64,000 nucleotides of DNA from a virus. The DNA is taken from the IMG/VR virus record IMGVR_UViG_3300035698_024280; one strand, 5' to 3'. A model generated the notes under the pieces. It did not search any database. It worked only from the letters and a program-made list of their open reading frames with translations, and was not told the origin of the DNA. Positions 39,339 to 48,680 of this stretch are shown here, one piece after another (the stretch's first letter is position 1; each line of letters starts with the position of its first letter). A program made the position numbers and the translations under genes.

Positions 39339-39733
39339 TATAGTAATTCTAACTGCCGAATAGCAATAATATTTTTTATATCCCACTGGATAGATGATAA
39401 GTTTTTTTCAGACTTCTCTAAAAACTCAATTATTAACTCTAAATCCTCAATCTGCTGCTTATATTTTATAATCTCTACACTCTGCATAGCAGCTCCCTTT
39501 GTTTGACTCCAGGATAATCTAGTAGGTGATTCATCCTTCAATTTAGCAGCTATAACATTAGCCCTAACATCAATCTCCCTTAATAGTTTATTTAACTCCC
39601 TCTTATGTCTAATCAACCTTGCAGCCCAATGGTGACGGCGTGCTGGCAGGCGTCTCTGCACTTCGCCTACGTTCATTTCATCTATTACCAACTCGGCTTT
39701 CAATTCTTCTATATATTTCTCGAGTAGATCCAT
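39338..39733 (-). CDS. uvsY: Recombination mediator UvsY
   Basis: 131-aa helical protein upstream of uvsW; C-term IEFLEK...WDIKNII...L. Confidence 0.8.
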   Translation of the reverse strand: MDLLEKYIEELKAELVIDEMNVGEVQRRLPARRHHWAARLIRHKRELNKLLREIDVRANVIAAKLKDESPTRLSWSQTKGAAMQSVEIIKYKQQIEDLELIIEFLEKSEKNLSSIQWDIKNIIAIRQLELL

Positions 39734-39767
39734 TAAATAATTATAAATACTAATATGGCAAAGGCAA
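39731..39767. promoter_or_regulatory. Overlapping divergent promoters: TTGCCT-N16-TATAAT-N6-ATG (uvsY, minus) and TATAAATA-N5-ATG (39755, plus)
   Basis: -35 39762-39767, -10 39740-39745; TATAAATA 39742-39749. Confidence 0.65.
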
Positions 39768-40027
39768 ATTTATATGCGGACTTTTTTAATAAAATATTAA
39801 GGGAGGATATGACAGCGGGGGATGGTGGCGCATTCGGCGATACTGCAAAAATATTTTCAGATACTAATATTACAACGACAGACTCGTATGCACCAGGGGA
39901 TAGTAGAAACATGTTTGGTAATAACATAAAACCGGATATACAAACTCGTAAGAAAACTATTAAATCTAAGAAAAAGTCTAAAAAAACAAAGAAGAATAAA
40001 AAAAAATACAATAAGACTGGAGATTAG
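39755..40027 (+). CDS. Small hypothetical protein with Lys-rich tail
   Basis: Late promoter; KILRE|D; KKKSKKTKKNKKK. Confidence 0.65.
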   Translation: MAKANLYADFFNKILREDMTAGDGGAFGDTAKIFSDTNITTTDSYAPGDSRNMFGNNIKPDIQTRKKTIKSKKKSKKTKKNKKKYNKTGD

Positions 40028-40117
40028 CCTTGATTTTATTTTTTATCTATTAAATAACATATGTCTATGTTAAAAAGACCCTAAGAACATCTTAGAAAAG
40101 ATAATAAAATTAATCTA

Positions 40118-40567
40118 ATGAAGGATAAAGAAAATAATATTATTAGTCTAGGTCATTGGAGATCTGAAATCGATACACCTGCTGATTTTTTTGGGTTTGT
40201 ATATTGTATTACAAATATTAGTAATAATCGTCGATATATAGGTAAGAAGCAATGCAAGACAATCATTAAATATCCCCCGTTGAAGGGTAAGAAGCGGAAG
40301 CGGCGGATTCAAAAAGATACTGATTGGAGATTATATTGTGGATCTAGTGAGAGTTTATTAGGGGATATAGAATCTCAAGGGAAAGAGAGTTTTGACTTTA
40401 AAATTATATTATTTTGCAATAGTAAGTCTGAATTAGCATATTACGAGGCTAAGACGCAGTTTGATAATAACGTTCTCTTATCTGAGGATTTCTATAACGG
40501 GATAATTAATATTAGACTTGGTAGAATAAAAGCTGATACACCGACGCTTACTGCTGTTAGTCTTTAA
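40118..40567 (+). CDS. Single-domain GIY-YIG endonuclease
   Basis: GFVYCITN...RYIGKK, WRLYCGSS, E..AQ, FYN.II. Confidence 0.85.
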   Translation: MKDKENNIISLGHWRSEIDTPADFFGFVYCITNISNNRRYIGKKQCKTIIKYPPLKGKKRKRRIQKDTDWRLYCGSSESLLGDIESQGKESFDFKIILFCNSKSELAYYEAKTQFDNNVLLSEDFYNGIINIRLGRIKADTPTLTAVSL

Positions 40568-40578
40568 TTAAAAAAAAG

Positions 40579-40615
40579 TTGATATTATAGAAAATATACT
40601 CATAATTTGTACATG
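40579..40615 (+). promoter_or_regulatory. sigma70-like promoter TTGATA-N16-CATAAT-N6-ATG
   Basis: -35 40579-40584, -10 40601-40606, ATG 40613. Confidence 0.6.
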
Positions 40616-41179
40616 GGGATGGAATTAAAGCATTATAATATTAATCTAGTGGATTTAACAGATATTTTATTGAATGACATCATAGTTGATTGGTTAGATT
40701 ATAATGAAAAATTGCAGCTACATAAAGGACCTAAGAATAAAGAAATATATACCCTATATCATTTTTTTATAAAGAGTGCGTGTACATTAATACTATCTAG
40801 TAAGAGTAACGCAAAAACTATATTATTTATATCGTTAGATTTAATGTCATTGCATAATAAAACAGTATTATCTAAGACAAGATTAACTGCGACGCAGTTA
40901 TTAAGAGTTATTAATAAGATGATCGTTGATATTGAACGTCATTTTCCTATTAGAATTATATCAAGTGCACTATCTTATGACAGTTTTACTAGTATTATAG
41001 CAAAAGGCGATGGTAATGGAGACTATCTACTTAGTCTGCTTAGAATAAAAATTAATAAATTATCATCCGCTAAATTCCCATACCAGACCGCAAAAAAGTT
41101 TTGTGATCGTTACGGTCTCGACTGGTTGAATGAACATTTTTTTTGCGATTTTAAAGTTAAAGCCCTATCATTTATATAA
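40613..41179 (+). CDS. Hypothetical protein
   Basis: ORF with own promoter; start re-assigned to ATG 40613. Confidence 0.6.
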   Translation: MGMELKHYNINLVDLTDILLNDIIVDWLDYNEKLQLHKGPKNKEIYTLYHFFIKSACTLILSSKSNAKTILFISLDLMSLHNKTVLSKTRLTATQLLRVINKMIVDIERHFPIRIISSALSYDSFTSIIAKGDGNGDYLLSLLRIKINKLSSAKFPYQTAKKFCDRYGLDWLNEHFFCDFKVKALSFI

Positions 41180-41192
41180 ATATAAATAGTGT

Positions 41193-41594
41193 ATGAAGCA
41201 ATTTAATAAGACAATAGTTAGAGCTGGTTATGGTACATTACTAGAGGCAGATGAGTTTACTCTACCTGGAGATGAGATGGGAGCAGCTGCACCTGTTACT
41301 GATGAGGTTGGATCATCTCCAGGTATTGATGGAGATGATGTTGATAATCAGGTAGAAGTAGATGTATTATCTCCTGAGGCCGAGGTAGTACTCGTAAGAT
41401 TTGTCCGAAAGGCATTAGTAATTGATTTATCATTAGATGATAAAGCTAATTTACTATCGTCTGTTCCAGATGAATCAGAAATTGATGAGAATAACGCTAA
41501 GGAAACATTAGAGATACTACAGACGGTTATATCTAGTTATACATCATCCTCAGATGATAGCGTTGAAAGGGAGCAGCTGAATATTCCAATTTAA
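41193..41594 (+). CDS. Acidic hypothetical protein, first gene of the late nuclease/NTase operon
   Basis: TATAAATA 41181-41188, ATG at N4; MKQFNK...TLLE|AD. Confidence 0.7.
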   Translation: MKQFNKTIVRAGYGTLLEADEFTLPGDEMGAAAPVTDEVGSSPGIDGDDVDNQVEVDVLSPEAEVVLVRFVRKALVIDLSLDDKANLLSSVPDESEIDENNAKETLEILQTVISSYTSSSDDSVEREQLNIPI

Positions 41595-41595
41595 T

Positions 41596-43053
41596 ATGGG
41601 TAAATATATATCACTTTCAGATATCTATACTAATACAGTAGTATTGCAGGAAGACGTTGAGTTGTTTGCGCAGGAGTTAGGTGAAGAAGCGCCAAAGTCT
41701 ATAGGGACTGTTGAGGATAGTTATTATAATGTTATTAGGCGCCAAGTTATAGCAAAACAAAAGGGAGGTACTGCTGATATTGTTCATAATATACTCAATC
41801 AATGTCGTTGGGACTCTGGTAAAAAGGTTGAATACGAGCAGAAGGTATTAATACCAGTATTAGATATAATTAATAATACTACCGATGTAGATATAGAAAA
41901 ATTTAAAGAATTTTCAGAAGCTAAAGAAACATTTGATTGGCTTGGTACAGAGATAGCGGGAGGTCAACCTTTTAATATTAAAAATGGCTGTATGAATGTT
42001 ATGAGTAGGTTTTTTAGTAACCCCCAGGCTGCATACGAATATATATATAATCATAATTTTGCTATTCAAACGGTTGCTGTTGGAAAGGGTGAGTTAGTTA
42101 TGTCAATGTTTTCAAATGCATCCAAAGGTGTGAGAGGCGACCTGGATGTACCTGGTATAGGCGAAGTTGAAATTAAAGGGGAAAATGGTAGACCTGGTAA
42201 GGGTAAAAATGCACTAAATGCTATTAAAGAACTCCCAAAGTTCTTAGAGACGCACGCAGGTAGGAATATATATAGTGGTAAGGAGATTAGGAAAAAAAGG
42301 GATTATATATTTCAATCATATGACGGTAGTATTTCAAGTCTTATAAATTATGCAACCTTAGGCATAGAAAAGGCTGAAAGCTTGAATAAAGATGCTTCAA
42401 TATTACATAATGTAATTGATATAGCTAATAACATTGTCAAAAATGTAGTATATGATAATAATTTTGAATTAACATCCGAAACGTTATCAGAGCTTCAACT
42501 GTTAATACCCACCGCGGATATTATTAGAAAAGGGGTAGGTCAACGAATACAAAAATTTATAGATGCTATAAATAATTATGAAGAGGCCTTAATAAGTGCT
42601 AACCCAGAAGAATATAGCTCGTCATGGGGTGATACTGTACGTAATACGTTTATGGTACCCTGGGGATTAAGTAAGGAATCATATATTGAAGGGCTGTTGT
42701 ATTTAATTAATGAGGATTTACCACCATCTATGGTATCCAGTTATAAGGATGCTCTAAATACTATATTAACTCCAGATGTTTTGGCAGCGATTTTAGCTAA
42801 TGATTCAAGAGGAGATTTAAAAGCTATAATTGGAACATTACATACAGTATCGTATCAATTTATTCACAAGTTCCCTGTTTTAATGTTTACAAATGAGAAG
42901 TCCTTTAATGTCTTCCCTATATTATTTAAATCTGAAGACCCATATATTAATTTTATTAACGTATATAATATATATACTAAAAACCCATTCAGATTAACTC
43001 TAGCATTAGACTCTCAGTTTGCTGCTGGAATACCGATAACATATTTAGGATAA
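41596..43053 (+). CDS. Putative PD-(D/E)XK nuclease-fold protein (485 aa)
   Basis: E166...GD182LDV..GEVE192IK194G spacing typical of restriction-endonuclease-like folds. Confidence 0.55.
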   Translation: MGKYISLSDIYTNTVVLQEDVELFAQELGEEAPKSIGTVEDSYYNVIRRQVIAKQKGGTADIVHNILNQCRWDSGKKVEYEQKVLIPVLDIINNTTDVDIEKFKEFSEAKETFDWLGTEIAGGQPFNIKNGCMNVMSRFFSNPQAAYEYIYNHNFAIQTVAVGKGELVMSMFSNASKGVRGDLDVPGIGEVEIKGENGRPGKGKNALNAIKELPKFLETHAGRNIYSGKEIRKKRDYIFQSYDGSISSLINYATLGIEKAESLNKDASILHNVIDIANNIVKNVVYDNNFELTSETLSELQLLIPTADIIRKGVGQRIQKFIDAINNYEEALISANPEEYSSSWGDTVRNTFMVPWGLSKESYIEGLLYLINEDLPPSMVSSYKDALNTILTPDVLAAILANDSRGDLKAIIGTLHTVSYQFIHKFPVLMFTNEKSFNVFPILFKSEDPYINFINVYNIYTKNPFRLTLALDSQFAAGIPITYLG

Positions 43054-43739
43054 TGAAAACACTTAAACAATATATAAAAATTTTAAATGAAGGTGGTAAT
43101 ATGTTTTCATCACGGAGAATTAAAAAGGCAGAGATTTGGCCTACCCTAAGACATTTAGAGTCTATAACTGGACTCCCGCTGAAAGATAATATATTAGGAT
43201 CTACCGGAAAGACGGAAACATCTGGAGATATCGATATAGTCGTAGATGACAGCATCATATCAAAGGATGAGTTAATTAGAGTGCTATTAAGCTCAGGGGC
43301 AACAATGGCGGATATTAGGAAGACTGGTATTCAAGTTGGATTTAGATCTCATATATTTCAAATTGATATGCAACCTCTAGAGGATACGGTTCAAGTTGAT
43401 TTTATGTTTCATGATGAGCCAGAGTTTTTAAAGTGGTTCTATGCTAGTAATGAATCTCCTCCATATAAAGGAAGAGATAGAAATATAACTATATCTGCTA
43501 TTGCAAAAGTGAAGGGGTTTAAAATATCTACAAAGGGGCTTGTAGATAGAGCCACTAATAATATAGTATCAAGGGACCCAGAAGAGATATCGAAGTTAAT
43601 TCTAGATGAAAAAGCAACCTCAAGAGATCTATTTAATATACCCGCCATTATTAAGGCTATTAGGTCAAGGTTTGATGAGGAAACAGTAAAAGGTATATTG
43701 AAGCAGGCAGAAGAAACCCTAGGTATCAATTTAGTATGA
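43053..43739 (+). CDS. Pol-beta-superfamily nucleotidyltransferase
   Basis: LG49STGK..TSGD59ID61IVV...VQVD116FM. Confidence 0.85.
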   Translation: MKTLKQYIKILNEGGNMFSSRRIKKAEIWPTLRHLESITGLPLKDNILGSTGKTETSGDIDIVVDDSIISKDELIRVLLSSGATMADIRKTGIQVGFRSHIFQIDMQPLEDTVQVDFMFHDEPEFLKWFYASNESPPYKGRDRNITISAIAKVKGFKISTKGLVDRATNNIVSRDPEEISKLILDEKATSRDLFNIPAIIKAIRSRFDEETVKGILKQAEETLGINLV

Positions 43740-44869
43740 TAGAATTTAAAAATTATGTTTTTATAACTGAGGCAAGTGCTCGCATCCAGCACGCAGAAGA
43801 TATAATATTCTGGGAGGGAAGTCGCGGAGCGCTGAGATCAATTAAGTCTCTTAGAGATCTTCAGAATAATCACAGAGACGTTACCCTCAAGTGGGATGGC
43901 AGCCCAGCGATGATATTTGGGAGAGATAAGTCTGGAGATTTTATATTGACGGATAAATCCGGATTTACTGCGAAAGGTTATAACGGTCTAGCTAAATCTG
44001 GTGAGGAATTAAGAGAAATGTTTTTATCTAGAAGTGGGGGAGCTCGTCGCGAAGTTCCAAGCTATGTAGAGTTTGCGGATCGTATGGCTTCTATATTTAA
44101 TATGTTTAAACAGGCTGTGCCTAAGTCTTATAGGGGATTTTTTAAAGGTGATCTGCTCTATACTTCACCACCAAATATATATGGAGGTAATTATATATTT
44201 AAGCCTAATATAGTAGAGTATGGGGTTGATATATCTAGCGATTTGGGTAGGAGAATAAGTAAGTCAAAGGCTGGTATTGTTATACATAGGGAGGTTGATC
44301 CAGATGGAAATGAAACTGCTGTTACAAATGAAGATATATATAATAGTACAACTGTACTGGTTGTGCCTCCCGTCACTGTAGAGGAAGCTCCTGCACTCAA
44401 TATAAATGATTTAGATATTATACAAGATGCAATAATGAAAAATTCTGTATCTATTGATAAGATGTTAGATGAAAGGACATTGAGAGATATTAAACTTTCT
44501 AACTTTGCAACAATATTATATACATATACAAACTCAAAGGTTGACACCGGCCTCGATACTCTAGGTTTGGATTTTGTTGAGTGGGTGAGTACATCACCAA
44601 AGTTTACAGAAAATAAGAAACAAAATATAATAAATTATGTACAGGAAAATCTAGAAGCCTTCGGCGCAGTTTGGCAAATTGTAAACGGCATTATGAGAAT
44701 AAAGGATAATATAATAAATCAATTCGATAGTAGATCTCAGATAGTTAAGCAGAGTATAAATGGGCAGGTAGGTGGGGAAGGGTATGTATTAGCTCATACT
44801 GGTGGAGATATTAAGTTGGTACCTAGAGAGACCTTTTCTAAGGCAAACAGATCAATAACGAGAGAATAA
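43736..44869 (+). CDS. ATP-dependent ligase/capping-enzyme-superfamily protein (RNA ligase 2-like motif layout)
   Basis: Motif I TLK52WDG, III FKGD139LL, IV GE348GYV, V IK360LV. Confidence 0.7.
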   Translation: MIEFKNYVFITEASARIQHAEDIIFWEGSRGALRSIKSLRDLQNNHRDVTLKWDGSPAMIFGRDKSGDFILTDKSGFTAKGYNGLAKSGEELREMFLSRSGGARREVPSYVEFADRMASIFNMFKQAVPKSYRGFFKGDLLYTSPPNIYGGNYIFKPNIVEYGVDISSDLGRRISKSKAGIVIHREVDPDGNETAVTNEDIYNSTTVLVVPPVTVEEAPALNINDLDIIQDAIMKNSVSIDKMLDERTLRDIKLSNFATILYTYTNSKVDTGLDTLGLDFVEWVSTSPKFTENKKQNIINYVQENLEAFGAVWQIVNGIMRIKDNIINQFDSRSQIVKQSINGQVGGEGYVLAHTGGDIKLVPRETFSKANRSITRE

Positions 44870-44870
44870 T

Positions 44871-45413
44871 ATGATTAAATTTGATGATTACGTTAATGCA
44901 AAAAATGCTGAAAAAATTGCATTATTACCAGGGGGGTTTAAACCTCCAACGTCTGGTCATTTCGAAGCGTTTAAATATTTACTGAATGACTGTAGCCGTG
45001 GTATTATATTTATAGGTAAAAAAGATAGAGACGATATATCCGCCCTGCAATCTAAGGCTATATGGCAAATATATTCCAAATATTTAAATAAGCCAATTGA
45101 TATACAAATAGCAGATGTAACGCCTGTTAGAAGTGTTTATACCTTTGCAGATGATAATATGGGTATACCAATAAAGGTAGGTGCAGGTGCAAAAGATGAG
45201 GATATTGTAAGATATGACGGCTTCACTGATAATGCAGAAAAATATGCCCTTGTAGAGGTAGTAAAAATACCTCTACAAGCTGGAGGCATTTCAGGGTCAA
45301 TGACTAGAGAGTTAATTTCAACTGATATTGCAGCAGCTATTAATTATTTTACACCGTCGGTCATATCTACTTCAGATAAAGAATTAATTATGTCAATTCT
45401 TGGAGTGTCATAG
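44871..45413 (+). CDS. HIGH-superfamily nucleotidyltransferase (cytidylyl/NMN/PPAT-like)
   Basis: GGFKPPTSGH30 and C-terminal ISGSMTRE. Confidence 0.85.
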   Translation: MIKFDDYVNAKNAEKIALLPGGFKPPTSGHFEAFKYLLNDCSRGIIFIGKKDRDDISALQSKAIWQIYSKYLNKPIDIQIADVTPVRSVYTFADDNMGIPIKVGAGAKDEDIVRYDGFTDNAEKYALVEVVKIPLQAGGISGSMTRELISTDIAAAINYFTPSVISTSDKELIMSILGVS

Positions 45414-45642
45414 CTATATTCTTAAGAGTAGATACCTTAGTAATATCTATAGACTCTGGGTCTATTTGTTTGGCCGACGCTATTATTAATCTAATTGCAT
45501 CAGCAGCATCATTAATTTCTTTTGTCACTATATTAACTGAATGGGATTGTATTGGAGATATTGTGCCAGCCATCCCAGGGGATAGGCCGATAGTTTCTGA
45601 CAATACTTTATCCATAAATTGCTTTGTTGATGGGTTAATCAT
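45388..45642 (-). CDS. Small hypothetical protein
   Basis: Convergent with the CTase gene; VLSE|T leader-like N-term. Confidence 0.5.
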   Translation of the reverse strand: MINPSTKQFMDKVLSETIGLSPGMAGTISPIQSHSVNIVTKEINDAADAIRLIIASAKQIDPESIDITKVSTLKNIAMTLQELT

Positions 45643-45711
45643 ATTAATTACTCAATCATTATTTAGTAATATATGTATAAAAGGGCAATAGTTGACTAAA
45701 TAATATTAGTT

Positions 45712-46029
45712 ATGGGACAGAATTTTACAGATAATAATGGTACTACATATGTTAATATTAATCAATGTCGCACTTTTAATATAGAAGCTTCTGCTGTATT
45801 AAAGGCGCTTGAAATACAGCCATGCGCTGAGGTTGTTATATTGAATACTTCTGGAAATCCCCTATCTGCCTTTGACGCGGGCTTTATATCCACTAAATAT
45901 GCAATGATTATACCAGATGGTACTGAGTTTACATTAAGAGGTATAACTAATAGTAATCAGGTCAGTGCAATGGGCGATGGTAATTTTTCATACCGTACTC
46001 AATTCTTTAGTAGTAACCCGCAGCGGTAA
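45712..46029 (+). CDS. Small hypothetical virion-type protein
   Basis: TAAATA 45697-45702; clean ORF. Confidence 0.65.
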   Translation: MGQNFTDNNGTTYVNINQCRTFNIEASAVLKALEIQPCAEVVILNTSGNPLSAFDAGFISTKYAMIIPDGTEFTLRGITNSNQVSAMGDGNFSYRTQFFSSNPQR

Positions 46030-46034
46030 GTAAA

Positions 46035-46059
46035 AGCTATATATAGCTAGTTTATTTTG
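46035..46059 (+). terminator. Possible intrinsic terminator
   Basis: Palindrome AGCTATATATAGCT followed by a T-rich tract; weak AT-rich stem. Confidence 0.3.
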
Positions 46060-46094
46060 TATTATTGTATAAATATATTTATATATAAAATAAA

Positions 46095-48662
46095 ATGATT
46101 GTGTTTAGCGAGAAGGTGAATCCCACCTTTACTAGCTCTAATCTCAACGTTATTACAGTTAAGGGTTTTACTGAAATCTTTTATGACGTTTTTGAATTAG
46201 AGATAAACGGGAATAAATTTGTAGTTGAGAAGGTCTCTGAGAATAATGGCATACCTATTGTTAGTATACCGGTAACATACGGGGGTGTACAGCAGGAGGT
46301 TCCTTTTTTGTTGGAGACTGGCGATATGTTCAAGGTCTTTTATAATAAGGATAATCAGAAAAAATATAAGCGGATTAAATCCGGCCGTATTAACGATTAT
46401 AATCCAACTATTGAGCTTATCGAGTCTAAAATTGATGAGGATCTGCTACCATTAGAGATAGTATCTGCCGAGGAAAAAGTAGATATTATAAGAGACGTTA
46501 AGGCCTCTGCTAGAGATTATATAAAAAATACTAGTAGACAATATATAGAAAATCAAAAAACTCAAATATCTAAATTTGAAGAGATAAAAAAAGCAGAAAT
46601 AGATAATGTAGGAGATGAGTTAAAAATCAGTATGTTGAATGAATTTAACATAATTACAGAAGATATAAAATCTAAGGTATTAAACGAATTTGACATCATC
46701 ACTGGATCTATAAAGTCGGGCTTTATAGTAGATAATAATAGGGAAATTGCAAGAGCCTCTACGGATATAAAGAAGCAGGTAGGCTTGGAGATTAAAAAAA
46801 GCAGAGATATATTACAAGAATGTAGGGATACTGCAACTACCTTAAGAAGTGATCTCTTAGAAGAGTTTAAATCTATTGCATCATCAGTAGGCAAAAATTT
46901 ATCTACAAAAAACGCTACCGAGTTTAATAAAACAACCAATATTTATAGAGCTCAAGCAGCATCTGAAATAAAAAGAATAGGTATTGTATTATCTAAATTT
47001 GAAACTGTTACAGATTCTATAAGACTAAAGCTAACTGAGGAAAACTCTGATGAGCTTCAAAGAATAGGTGAAATACTCAATAGGCAGGTAGTAGTAGAGG
47101 CTGAGAATAGTGAAGAGAAAATACTAGAAATTAAAAAAAATTCTAATAGGGCGTTATCTAGATTAGGTAATATGCATCGTGAGATTAGTATTATAAGTGA
47201 GAGAATATCACAGCAAAAGAAAGATATAGTTAAATTTTATAATGATAGAATAGATGTAATTCAAAGTGAAAGAGTCGGAGATAAACAAGAGATTTTAAAA
47301 ATAATAGAGAGTAGTAGGCGTTCAATTTTAACAGAAATATCTAAAATTGAGACAGATGTTCCAAATATTGTAGTTACGGAGGGTTCAAAAAATATTAAAA
47401 CAATAGACCTTAAGTCTATTAAAAGGGAGATTGAATCTAAAGTAGATACTAGATTTGAGAGAGAAATTAGAAATCTTCGACGAATTATAGAGCTCTCAGC
47501 TGGTGGGGGTTCTGTTGCAATGCAGTTTGCTGATGGTGGTGTAATGAATGGCAATCTAGTAGTTGTTGGTACTTTATCTGCAAGAAAATATCTCGGGGTA
47601 GGGGATAACTCTCACCCACCCCCACAGACCTTAGCTTTTGATAATGATACCACGATGCTGCTGATAAGCGATGGTAATTCAGTTAGCTTATCAGCATTAT
47701 CTGGTAGCACGTATAAAGAGACTGACCCAATATTTTCAGCATTTCAACTATCAGGCGGTAATATAGCCGGGCCGTTAACTATTATTGGACCCTTATCTTC
47801 TAATGATTACCTAGGGGTAAATTCACTATCTAAAGAGTGGCAGCAGAATAGTCACGGTTTCGCTGTCGGTGAAATTATATATGGATCAGAAAACAACTGG
47901 GTGAAGAGTATAGCTGATGATTCTGGTCAGTCTGAAATGTCTGGTATAGTAACTGCAATTAAAGATGATAACACATTTACACTATCTTCAGATGGTTATA
48001 TTAAAGGACTGACTGGATTAAGTGCAGATTCACTATATTTTTTATCTGATACTGTAGCAGGCTCTATGACTAGTGTAAAGCCAACAACCATAGGTTTTAT
48101 TAATAAGGCGGTATTTTGGGCTACATCAGATAGTGGGGGATATATTAAGCATTATATTGGGGATGTTATTACCAGTATTAATGCAGAGACCGCAGCGGAA
48201 TTATTAGTATTATTAGGGGTGCACCATCATAAGGTACAGACATATACCGGAGATTTACAACTAGTAACTACTACCCATGTAGATGTTGTAGGCTCAGATT
48301 ATACAGTCACACCAAAACTATCAAATAGTAGAATTTTATATAATTTATCACTATCTATAAGCCCACAACCGCAAGAAGTGCTTAATAATAATACAGGTGG
48401 TGTCTGTCACTTTAAATGCTGGGTAGATGGGGTAGAGATTACAGCGTTTAGAAAAACTACTGAAACCTTCCCGGGCGATAATATGGTAAATGTCTCGTTT
48501 GTTTATGAAAATACCTCTTTAACTGAAAAGGATTTTAAATTAACATGTAGAGAGTATTCTACGACTCGGGAGATGCGACTACATACAACGAATGAGTGGG
48601 ATGGTTCATTAGATGATCAACCGAGCGGTGCAGTATTAACGGTAACCGAATATGCTCCCTAA
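46095..48662 (+). CDS. Large virion-type protein: long coiled coil plus fibre-like C-terminal domains
   Basis: TATAAATA 46069-46076; heptad-rich N half; SAGGGS hinge; beta-rich C half. Confidence 0.7.
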   Translation: MIVFSEKVNPTFTSSNLNVITVKGFTEIFYDVFELEINGNKFVVEKVSENNGIPIVSIPVTYGGVQQEVPFLLETGDMFKVFYNKDNQKKYKRIKSGRINDYNPTIELIESKIDEDLLPLEIVSAEEKVDIIRDVKASARDYIKNTSRQYIENQKTQISKFEEIKKAEIDNVGDELKISMLNEFNIITEDIKSKVLNEFDIITGSIKSGFIVDNNREIARASTDIKKQVGLEIKKSRDILQECRDTATTLRSDLLEEFKSIASSVGKNLSTKNATEFNKTTNIYRAQAASEIKRIGIVLSKFETVTDSIRLKLTEENSDELQRIGEILNRQVVVEAENSEEKILEIKKNSNRALSRLGNMHREISIISERISQQKKDIVKFYNDRIDVIQSERVGDKQEILKIIESSRRSILTEISKIETDVPNIVVTEGSKNIKTIDLKSIKREIESKVDTRFEREIRNLRRIIELSAGGGSVAMQFADGGVMNGNLVVVGTLSARKYLGVGDNSHPPPQTLAFDNDTTMLLISDGNSVSLSALSGSTYKETDPIFSAFQLSGGNIAGPLTIIGPLSSNDYLGVNSLSKEWQQNSHGFAVGEIIYGSENNWVKSIADDSGQSEMSGIVTAIKDDNTFTLSSDGYIKGLTGLSADSLYFLSDTVAGSMTSVKPTTIGFINKAVFWATSDSGGYIKHYIGDVITSINAETAAELLVLLGVHHHKVQTYTGDLQLVTTTHVDVVGSDYTVTPKLSNSRILYNLSLSISPQPQEVLNNNTGGVCHFKCWVDGVEITAFRKTTETFPGDNMVNVSFVYENTSLTEKDFKLTCREYSTTREMRLHTTNEWDGSLDDQPSGAVLTVTEYAP

Positions 48663-48680
48663 TAATAAATAACTATAGTA

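Noticed and set aside
40118-40567. Mobile homing endonuclease
   Set aside because: It is a single short GIY-YIG domain without a DNA-binding tail and is not inside an intron; more like a stand-alone EndoII-type nuclease
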